Origin: Chamaesiphon sp. OTE_70b_metabat_96
GTDB lineage: Bacteria > Cyanobacteriota > Cyanobacteriia > Cyanobacteriales > Chamaesiphonaceae
Assembly (NCBI GenBank): GCA_031376885.1
Contig: JANMEL010000124.1
Span: 1 to 24,000 of the forward strand
Length of the DNA: 24,000 nt
Reading direction: 5' to 3'
Part shown: positions 7,789 to 15,113 of the stretch, piece by piece
How positions within the stretch are numbered: the stretch's first letter is position 1
Layout: each line of letters opens with the position of its first letter
Position numbers and translations under genes: made by a program
The notes under the pieces: generated by a model
Database searches by the model: none
What the model saw: the letters and a program-made list of their open reading frames with translations, nothing else
What the model was told of the DNA's origin: nothing

Positions 7789-9076
7789 CTATGGTTGTCA
7801 ACAAATATTGATTAGTCCAGATTCGATTCTTAGAGCAATTCTAGAATTTATCTGTGGAGAGTCCGCAAAGCTTGGTAATTGCGGAACATATTATTCTCGT
7901 CAATTGTATTTTAAGACTGGATTAATTCCAACTAAATATGACCTTCATCGAGAGTTATCCATTAACCCACATTATAAGGCTCTCCACTCACAGGTTGCTC
8001 AACAATGTTTGACAACTATCGCTGAATCTTTCAAGTCTTTTATTGGGCTACTGAAAGGAATCAAAAATACTGGACGGGTCTCCCGCCCATCTGGTACTGT
8101 AACTCAGAAACCTCGATTACCAAACTACCGAAAAGGTGGATTAGCTTTAATCACATTTCCTAGTCAAGCTGTCAAACTCAAGCCAGAAGGTCTAAGATTT
8201 CCACTAGGCAGCAAAGTCAAAGCATGGTTTAGATTAGATGCTTTCTATCTACCAATGCCCTCAAACTTAGATTTTAAAACGATTCGAGAGTATCGAATTC
8301 TACCTCGCAATGGTTGCTTTTATCTAGAGCTAGTTTATAAAACTGAAGATGTCCAGGCAGACGTAGACTTATCTAAAGCATTGATGATCGACCACGGAAT
8401 GAACAACTGGTTAACCTGTGTCAGTAACACTGGAACTAGTTTTATCATCGATGGTCTGCACCTTAAATCTATCAATCAGGGCTATAACAAGCGTGTTGCT
8501 CATCTAATGGAAGGCATGGCTAATGGTTATTGGTCTAAGCGATTAGAGCGGTTAACCGAAAATCGTAATCGGACGATGCGAGATGCCATCAACAAAGCTG
8601 CTCGAAAGGTAATTAATCATTGCTTGGAGAACAACCTTGGTACTGTTGTATTTGGTTGGAATAAAGGTATGAAAGATGGTGCCAATATGGGAGCTAAGAC
8701 CAATCAAAAGTTCGTCCAAATTCCTACTGGCAGACTCAAAGATCGTATTGCCGGGCTATGCGAACAATATGGCATTAAGTTTGTAGAAACTGAAGAATCC
8801 TATACGTCCAAAGCATCATTTGTCGATCTCGATCTGCTACCTACGTTCGGCAACTGGGCGGGTGACCCGACCAGTGAAAAACCTGAAGGGTGGGCACCAA
8901 GTGGCAAACGAATTAAGCGTGGATTGTATACAACTGCTTTGGGTTGGTTGATTAATGCCGACTGCAACGGTAGTGCAAATATTGGTCGAAAAGTAGCGAC
9001 AATACTAGGACTAGATCTTAGTGGAGTCGGTAGAGGGTCTTTGTCTTCCCCTTTGAGAGTCCCTTTGTGGTCTTAG
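7781..9076 (+). CDS. tnpB: IS200/IS605 accessory protein TnpB (RNA-guided RuvC-like endonuclease family)
   Basis: 431 aa with a GTG start overlapping the tnpA stop by 8 nt. RuvC-like triad candidates are D in LMIDHGMNNW, E in VETEESYTSK and D in INADCNGSANIGRK. No CxxC...CxxC zinc finger lies between the E and the last D. Confidence 0.9.
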   Translation: MSNYGCQQILISPDSILRAILEFICGESAKLGNCGTYYSRQLYFKTGLIPTKYDLHRELSINPHYKALHSQVAQQCLTTIAESFKSFIGLLKGIKNTGRVSRPSGTVTQKPRLPNYRKGGLALITFPSQAVKLKPEGLRFPLGSKVKAWFRLDAFYLPMPSNLDFKTIREYRILPRNGCFYLELVYKTEDVQADVDLSKALMIDHGMNNWLTCVSNTGTSFIIDGLHLKSINQGYNKRVAHLMEGMANGYWSKRLERLTENRNRTMRDAINKAARKVINHCLENNLGTVVFGWNKGMKDGANMGAKTNQKFVQIPTGRLKDRIAGLCEQYGIKFVETEESYTSKASFVDLDLLPTFGNWAGDPTSEKPEGWAPSGKRIKRGLYTTALGWLINADCNGSANIGRKVATILGLDLSGVGRGSLSSPLRVPLWS

Positions 9077-9113
9077 TCAAGAATCCCCCGCATTCATGCG
9101 TGGGGAGTTTCAA
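8950..9113 (+). ncRNA. Predicted TnpB-associated omega-RNA (reRNA) scaffold spanning the tnpB 3' end and the IS right end
   Basis: Inference only. In characterised TnpB systems the guide RNA scaffold is encoded by the 3' end of tnpB plus the RE. The RE hairpin (9085-9105) and the TCAA terminus are present. The 5' boundary is a guess. Confidence 0.3.
9085..9105 (+). other. IS right-end (RE) subterminal hairpin
   Basis: cccccgcat-tc-atgcg(t)gggg: a 10-bp stem with one extrahelical T (9101), preceded by GAAT and followed 4 nt later by TCAA. Confidence 0.6.
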
Positions 9114-9170
9114 GGATATCCTGACTCGCATTTAACTAATACCAAATCCGCTTCGCAAACCCTTCTTTCG

Positions 9171-9226
9171 CGCCCTTTAACCCCTCTCCCCCTCCCCCCC
9201 TCTCCCCTACCCCCTACCCCCTTTCA
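9171..9226. repeat. C-rich polypyrimidine low-complexity tract (G-tracts on the minus strand)
   Basis: cgccctttaacccctctccccctccccccctctcccctaccccctaccccctttcatcc, including CCCCTAC x2, which is related to the reverse complement of the GGGGATA heptamer family. Confidence 0.7.
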
Positions 9227-9397
9227 TCCTTAGGAATACCTCGATTTTTTAAATATTGTACTTATGACAGAGTTCTTTGCTAACTAGCTTGGATAGATTG
9301 GTAGGCAGTTAAGCTAACGATTTAGATCGGTAGTCCGATATTTTTAGCTAACACCAGAGCCAAATCATCCAGCTAGTAAATAACGGAGTTCAAACTC

Positions 9398-9670
9398 ATG
9401 AAAAAATCATCTTCGCTCATCCTCATCACTGGTACCATCTTTGCTACCATTGCTTCACTTGCAACGATGACTCCCCCCACTGTCGCTCAAACAACTACCC
9501 CCAATACAGGTACTCAAGAGCAGCGTACCACGACTACATCCGAACGCAACGATGACAACTCAGGTCTATGGGGATTGGCTGGCTTAACTGGGCTGCTCGG
9601 ATTCATGGGACGACGGAAAGAAGAAGATCGTACTAATATGCCTGCCTACCGCGATCCTAACGTTCGGTAG
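9398..9670 (+). CDS. Small secreted/anchored protein with a WGxxGxxG C-terminal motif
   Basis: 90 aa. It has an N-terminal signal peptide (MKKSSSLILITGTIFATIASLATMTPPTVAQ), a Thr-rich low-complexity middle, then WGLAGLTGLLGFMGRRKEE, i.e. WGxxGxxG plus a hydrophobic stretch plus a basic cluster. GGAG lies upstream of the ATG. Confidence 0.7.
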   Translation: MKKSSSLILITGTIFATIASLATMTPPTVAQTTTPNTGTQEQRTTTTSERNDDNSGLWGLAGLTGLLGFMGRRKEEDRTNMPAYRDPNVR

Positions 9671-9984
9671 TTTTGGCGAAACGGCAGGGAATCTACCACC
9701 CTAAAGTGATTAGGTTGGAAAACACGATTTGTTTGCCTGAAACCGATTAATTGGTGGTAAGGCATGACAAATCTAACGATCGACAAAACTCAAGTATTCA
9801 ATTTGATAGATGGTTAGTCCGAAAAATTATTTTAAAATATCAGGTGATAAATAAGCCTTTGTAGGGTGGGCACTGCCCAACAGCTAGGTTTCCCCATAAT
9901 CTATTTTATAAATAATTGCACCTACCTACTTAGATTAATTTATCCAAACCATTCGTTGCCAAAGCCTCTCGGAACAATAATCTT

Positions 9985-12249
9985 ATGGAAACTAATCCTC
10001 AGCCCAAACCGCCATTTCAAGAAACTAATGAAGACACCCCTGAAATTGGGGGAGGACTCCATGTGATTGAGTATTGGGCAGAGAAAACACTATCGCCCCA
10101 AGGCTCAAAGCTGTGGAAAACGCTACTCCACAAAAGTGCTTGTCTGTCTTGCTCTTGGGGCACAGGCGGACAAAAAGGCGGATTTACTGATGAAACAGGT
10201 GAAAAACTCCAACGCTGTATGAAAAGTGTGGAGGCGATTTCTGCGGAAATTCAGCCAGGATTATCGACACATTTCTTCGATACAAATCCGATCGCCAGAC
10301 TGCGCCAATTATCTTCACTAGAAGCTGACAAGTTAGGTAGATTGAGCTTTCCAGTGATTTTGCGATCGGGTAGTTCTCACTATGAGCGAATTTCTTGGGA
10401 TGAGATTTATTCGATCGCAACTACTGCATTTCAAAAAGATCCAGAGCGAATCGCTTCCTATAGTTCTGGGCGGGGTTCCAATGAAGCCGCCTTTTTATTG
10501 CAACTAATGATGCGAACTCTTGGTTCTAATAATCTCGCAGACTGTTCTGATTTGTGTCATGCACCTTCGACTACCGCTCTAAATGAGATGTTTGGAACTA
10601 ATACTTCGATCGTCAGTTTGGAGAGCTTAAAAGAAGCTGACTGTGTGGTATTAGCGGGGGCAAATTCGCCCTCAAATCATCCGCGCTTGATGAATGAGCT
10701 GATTAAGATCCGCGATAAAGGTGGCAAAGTAATTATCATCAATCCCGTGATGGAAATTGGGCTGGTAAAATTCGGCTCCCCCGCATTTCCCGTCAAATCG
10801 CTGATTCCTGGCTCGGATATTGCCGAGCTTTATCTCCAACCGATTCCAGGTAGCGATGTTGCCTTATTCGTCGGCATTCAAAAAGCACTCATGGGGCAAG
10901 GTAGAATCGATCGAGCCTTCCTCCAAGCACATACCCAAGGCTGGGAAGCTATCCTCGCCCAAGCCCAAGCGACTTCCTGGGAAACTATTACTACCACCTG
11001 CGGAGTCTCCCGCACCGAAATCGAAACCGCCGCCACCATCATCGGTACCTCGAAGCGAGTCGTATTTGGCTGGGCGATGGGAATTACCCAACAGACTAAC
11101 GGCGTAGATAACGTCTACAGTATCGCCAACACCGCATTAGTCAGCGGCAATGCTGGCAAAATGGGAGCCGGAGTCATGCCCGTGCGGGGGCATTCCAACG
11201 TCCAGGGCTTTGGTTCGATGGGCGTGACGGTGAAACTCAAAGCTGAGATTAAGCAAGCCTTGGAGCGGCTATTAGGGCGACCTCTGACACTACCCAAGGG
11301 CTATCACACCCGCGATTTGATTGAAGCCGCCGAAGCAGGGAAGGTAGATAGCCTGCTCTGTGTCGGCGGCAATATCTATGGAGCTAATCCCAATTCAGCC
11401 CAAGCGAAACAAGCTTTGGGCAATATTGATACGATTATTTATCTAGCCACCAAACCCAATATCGGACATTTTAATGGACTCGCGAAAACTAACACGATTA
11501 TTATTCCCGTGTTAAATCGGTTCGAGCATCCATATAAAACGACGACGGAATCGGGCAATAACTTTGTGCGGCTCAATGATGAAGGTGAAACTCATTTAAA
11601 AGATGCCGATTTGGTTGGGGAAGTCGAGTTTATTACTAAGTTGGCACATAATCTACTCGGAGATGCGCCGATTCAATGGCGCAAATTGCAAGATCCTCAT
11701 TATGTCCGACAACTAATCGCTCAAACTATCCCAGGTTATGAAAAAATCGCCACTATTGATGAGACAGAGGAAGAGTTTATTATTTCTGGACGGATTTTAA
11801 CTGAACCTCATTTCAAAACACCGTCAGGGAAAGCAAATATGTTTGTGACACCTTTACCCAATCTTACTTTGCCAAAAGCTGAAGAATTTGGGATTGAGGC
11901 ATCTACAAAGAGTCTAGTTCTTGCCCTAATGACCGGACGCAGTTATTCCCAACACAATACAGTAGTCTATAAAATTGGCGACCATTATCGCGGGATGCCC
12001 CATCGAAACTGTATTTTAGTCAACCGAATCGATGCCGAAAAAATTGGTTTAGCAGCACACGATCGCGTCACAGTACAAGGAGATGCAGGTAAATTAGACA
12101 ACGTAGAAATCATCTATGGTGCAGTACGATCGGGTGCAGCGTTGATGTTTTATCCAGAAGTGAATGTCATTTTCAAAGCAAAAATAGAACCGCGATCGGG
12201 TACCCCTGCTTATAAGCGCGTGCCTGTAGCAATCTACCGCAATAAATAA
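9985..12249 (+). CDS. ydeP: FdhF/YdeP-family molybdopterin oxidoreductase
   Basis: 754 aa. It shows block-by-block resemblance to E. coli YdeP: the N-terminal Cys cluster (CLSCSWG...C), SGRGSNEAAFLLQL...GSNNLADCSDLCHAPS, NHPR, PVRGHSNVQG, TPSGKANMF and TGRSYSQHNTVVY..YRG. Confidence 0.9.
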   Translation: METNPQPKPPFQETNEDTPEIGGGLHVIEYWAEKTLSPQGSKLWKTLLHKSACLSCSWGTGGQKGGFTDETGEKLQRCMKSVEAISAEIQPGLSTHFFDTNPIARLRQLSSLEADKLGRLSFPVILRSGSSHYERISWDEIYSIATTAFQKDPERIASYSSGRGSNEAAFLLQLMMRTLGSNNLADCSDLCHAPSTTALNEMFGTNTSIVSLESLKEADCVVLAGANSPSNHPRLMNELIKIRDKGGKVIIINPVMEIGLVKFGSPAFPVKSLIPGSDIAELYLQPIPGSDVALFVGIQKALMGQGRIDRAFLQAHTQGWEAILAQAQATSWETITTTCGVSRTEIETAATIIGTSKRVVFGWAMGITQQTNGVDNVYSIANTALVSGNAGKMGAGVMPVRGHSNVQGFGSMGVTVKLKAEIKQALERLLGRPLTLPKGYHTRDLIEAAEAGKVDSLLCVGGNIYGANPNSAQAKQALGNIDTIIYLATKPNIGHFNGLAKTNTIIIPVLNRFEHPYKTTTESGNNFVRLNDEGETHLKDADLVGEVEFITKLAHNLLGDAPIQWRKLQDPHYVRQLIAQTIPGYEKIATIDETEEEFIISGRILTEPHFKTPSGKANMFVTPLPNLTLPKAEEFGIEASTKSLVLALMTGRSYSQHNTVVYKIGDHYRGMPHRNCILVNRIDAEKIGLAAHDRVTVQGDAGKLDNVEIIYGAVRSGAALMFYPEVNVIFKAKIEPRSGTPAYKRVPVAIYRNK

Positions 12250-12358
12250 ACAATATTGGAGATTTAAGTCTGTATTTGAGACTCATAAGGAACAAGAAAT
12301 ATTGGATTAGTAACAATAATTGACGTTTCAAGTTACCCATTTTTAAAGGTTTAATCTA

Positions 12359-12616
12359 ATGACATCACCAACTCCTCTACACGGCACAGAACTAATTGCT
12401 TGTGCCCAAGCAAATGCAAAAGAAGAAATTGCGATCGCCGCACGGCAGTGTGGGTACAGCGATGATATCAACACTTTCCAGCGCGAGTTAGCGAGTGCCT
12501 TAGAGCATATTGGGATCAAAAATAAAGACTTTGACGATTTGCTTAAAATAGTTGGAGTTAAGCCAGGATCGGGAATTGAAGTTGCACCTGGCGGATCGAC
12601 ATCAACCGAGTTGTAA
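12359..12616 (+). CDS. Hypothetical small protein
   Basis: 85-aa ORF with protein-like composition (…ELIACAQANAKEEIAIAARQCGYSDDINTFQRELASALEHIGI…). I recognise no family with confidence. Confidence 0.5.
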   Translation: MTSPTPLHGTELIACAQANAKEEIAIAARQCGYSDDINTFQRELASALEHIGIKNKDFDDLLKIVGVKPGSGIEVAPGGSTSTEL

Positions 12617-12806
12617 GTTTTTAAACAAATGAAAATTTAACGATCTTAGATTAAATCCTTATTCCTTAATTAGGTTGTACAAATAAACGATCGATATTCA
12701 TTTTGGCAGACTTGACTGACGATCGACAATCTTTCGATCGACCGACATAAATACTGATTTCTTAGTCTAAAATCAACAATCAAACCTCATCAAAATAATT
12801 AGAGCA

Positions 12807-12947
12807 ATGAAAATAACTACCCAAGTATCTGAATTAAATCCCCCAAATATCACGCCTTCTGTAAGCACAACTATCACTGGTATCTTATTCTTAATGCCGC
12901 TATCTTTGTTTTTACTGGGTTTATTCACAGGCGTAATTAATCCTTAG
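12807..12947 (+). CDS. Candidate 46-aa single-pass membrane peptide (below the ORF-track size cutoff)
   Basis: My own translation is MKITTQVSELNPPNITPSVSTTITGILFLMPLSLFLLGLFTGVINP*. It has one clear hydrophobic helix but no strong RBS. It may be non-coding. Confidence 0.25.
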   Translation: MKITTQVSELNPPNITPSVSTTITGILFLMPLSLFLLGLFTGVINP

Positions 12948-13043
12948 CAGACTGTTCGATCGACTATCATCATTCCCTCAGGTAGGGTAATGAGGGTTTA
13001 ATAGAACGATATGAGTATTGATGAAATTATTTAATTAAGATAA

Positions 13044-13406
13044 ATGAACGAAAGATCGATCGTAACTCAGTCAAATAGCCCAGGTTATTACAATCATGAT
13101 ATTTCTGGACTAGATCTAACTTTATCGGCAGCGATCGGCATGAGTACTTTGAGTACGATCGCCGTTCTTGTTTATGTTAGTAGGTCAAAGAAACAACAGG
13201 ATTTACTCCCGCCCAAACCGCCGCAAGCTATGTGCGAGGGTTGTAAATATTTTAACGATAACCAGTTTCTTCGATGTGCTCTTCATCCAACCAATGTACT
13301 CACCACAGAATCAGTTGACTGTATGGATTATACATCGAAAACTAAATTAAAACAATTTGGAAAATTGCAAAAAGTATTGCTCTCAATCCAGAAAATCTTT
13401 CTCTAA
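13044..13406 (+). CDS. Hypothetical membrane-anchored Cys-rich protein
   Basis: 120 aa with one TM segment (LTLSAAIGMSTLSTIAVLVYV) followed by CEGCKYFNDNQFLRCALHP......VDCMDY, a four-Cys pattern. It ends 48 nt upstream of the next gene. Confidence 0.6.
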   Translation: MNERSIVTQSNSPGYYNHDISGLDLTLSAAIGMSTLSTIAVLVYVSRSKKQQDLLPPKPPQAMCEGCKYFNDNQFLRCALHPTNVLTTESVDCMDYTSKTKLKQFGKLQKVLLSIQKIFL

Positions 13407-13454
13407 TCGATCGATCGAAAAATAACTAATGTCTATGATGCGAGGAACTATTGT

Positions 13455-14987
13455 ATGCAACCAGATTATCTGATTATCGGCAGTGGTTTATCAGCTTTGA
13501 CCTTTGGTGCTTTGATGGCAAATGCTGGTAAAACTGTCCAAATCCTCGAAGCTCACGAGCATCCAGGCGGATTTGGGCACACATTTACAATGGCCAAAAA
13601 GTACACCTTTAACGCTCAATTTCACTACGTTTGGGATTGTGGTGAAGGGCAAACAGTTAATAAGGTGCTCAAAAAACTCGGATTAGATCGGGAAGTAACC
13701 TTTGAGCGATACGATCCAAATGGTTTCGATCGGATGCGAATGCCCGGATATAAAATGGATATTCCTTCAGATCCAGAAGAACTGATTTCGCGACTATCTG
13801 GATTATTTCCCGACCATTCTCACAAAATTCGTCAATTTGTAAATGAAGTCGAAAAAACAGGCGCAGGCTTAAAAATAGCCGCGCCACCACTGAAACCGCT
13901 CGAACTCCTCAAGCACCCTCAGCAAGCTTTCAGTGCGGTCTCTAACATCAATAATACCCTTCAGGATGTATTTGACAAATTCCAGCTTCCTCAAGCCGCC
14001 CAGACCCTTTTAGCCCTGCAATGGCTGGATTTTTTACTACCACCAAACCAACTTTCTTTCTTTGCGTGGGTAGCATTATTTAGAGGTTATCAAGCAGGGG
14101 CATTTTACCCAACCCAGCATTTTGAAGATGTAATTAATTCATTGGTGAAGACGATCGAATCAAATGGTGGACAAGTATTACTCAACCATGAAGTCATCAA
14201 TTTTAGACTTACAGATAAAACGGTGACGGGAGTTGAGGCGATGAATCTCGCCACTCATCAAACCGCAGAATTCACAGGCGATACGGTAATCTGTAATATC
14301 GACCCTCAACGCGCCGCCAAAACGATCGGATTAGAAAAGTTTTCTAAAGCTGTACGCCAGAAACTTGACTATAAATATTCGGCATCTAACTACATGGTCT
14401 ATTGTGTTGTCAAAGATCTCGATTTACGAGACTACGGCTTTGGCAAGTGGAATGTCTCACATACCGGACATGAAAGTCTGAATGAAGCCTTCGCCCAAAT
14501 GTACGATCGACATGATTATTCTAATCCAAGTTTTGCCATCACTACGCCGACATTATTGACAGAGGCGAGTCGAGATTGTCCGCCAGATTGTCAGATTGTC
14601 GAATTTCTAACTGTTGCTAATTATGCCTACTTTAAGCAATTACGCGATCGCGATGTTAAAGCTTACAGGCAGAAAAAACAAGAGATTTTAGACTCGATTC
14701 TCGATGTGGTGGAGAAACATTATGTGCCAAATTTTCGGCAGCATCTGGTGTTTGAGATTACAGGTAGTCCGACTACGAATGAACGCTATTGCTGGTGCCC
14801 TGAAGGAAATTCTTATGGTTCGATTTTGACTCCGCGCAATATGGGTTTAGGGCGATTGAATCATGAAACTTCACTAGATAAGTTCTATTTCTGTAATGCG
14901 TCATCTGGCTACCCAGGTTTTGCACCAACAATTTGGACGGGGGCATTGTTGTATCAACGATTGTCTGGAGATGTGGTCTTGGGTTGA
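13455..14987 (+). CDS. NAD(P)/FAD-dependent oxidoreductase, phytoene-desaturase (CrtI)-like family
   Basis: 510 aa. It has an N-terminal dinucleotide-binding fold, DYLIIGSGLSALTFGALMANAGKTVQILEAHEHPGG. Its length and C-terminal Gly-rich FAD motif region are typical of CrtI-like/amine-oxidase-fold enzymes. Confidence 0.85.
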   Translation: MQPDYLIIGSGLSALTFGALMANAGKTVQILEAHEHPGGFGHTFTMAKKYTFNAQFHYVWDCGEGQTVNKVLKKLGLDREVTFERYDPNGFDRMRMPGYKMDIPSDPEELISRLSGLFPDHSHKIRQFVNEVEKTGAGLKIAAPPLKPLELLKHPQQAFSAVSNINNTLQDVFDKFQLPQAAQTLLALQWLDFLLPPNQLSFFAWVALFRGYQAGAFYPTQHFEDVINSLVKTIESNGGQVLLNHEVINFRLTDKTVTGVEAMNLATHQTAEFTGDTVICNIDPQRAAKTIGLEKFSKAVRQKLDYKYSASNYMVYCVVKDLDLRDYGFGKWNVSHTGHESLNEAFAQMYDRHDYSNPSFAITTPTLLTEASRDCPPDCQIVEFLTVANYAYFKQLRDRDVKAYRQKKQEILDSILDVVEKHYVPNFRQHLVFEITGSPTTNERYCWCPEGNSYGSILTPRNMGLGRLNHETSLDKFYFCNASSGYPGFAPTIWTGALLYQRLSGDVVLG

Positions 14988-15113
14988 ATAATTTACGCAC
15001 TAAGGTTTGTTTGAGTTGTTGCGTATATCTACCCACCCCGCCCTGTCGGGAATCACCCCGACTTTGAGGGGATTTTCGCATTTCATAACATCAATAATTT
15101 CAGGAGTAAAACT

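Larger units (their letters stand above)
7163..9113 (+). mobile_element. IS200/IS605-family insertion sequence (IS608-like organisation: tnpA + tnpB)
   Basis: It has a Y1 transposase gene and a tnpB gene. Similar subterminal hairpins with a bulged T lie at 7181-7201 and 9085-9105. AAAG (7177-7180) and GAAT (9081-9084) sit immediately 5' of the hairpin feet. TTAC (7159-7162) lies just outside the left end, and TCAA (9110-9113) lies at the right end. Boundaries are inferred by analogy with IS608. Confidence 0.8.

Noticed and set aside
9671-9984. Molybdenum-cofactor (Moco) riboswitch upstream of the YdeP-family gene
   Set aside because: I looked for one because molybdoenzyme genes often carry it, but I could not recognise the conserved Moco motif by eye. 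The main structure present (gtagggtgggcactgcccaac) looks like a common small hairpin repeat. An Infernal scan would settle it.
9866-10066. 66-aa ORF overlapping the ydeP start
   Set aside because: It is out of frame with, and overlaps, the strongly supported 754-aa gene, and its translation has hydrophobic, low-information composition.
10184-11297. Internal ORFs within ydeP (10184-10420 minus, 10820-11107 plus, 10864-11091 minus, 11115-11297 minus)
   Set aside because: They are alternative-frame or antisense shadows inside a gene that matches YdeP block by block.
13168-13350. 60-aa alternative-frame ORF inside 13044-13406
   Set aside because: It is nested in another frame of a longer ORF that has a TM helix and a Cys motif, and it has no independent support.
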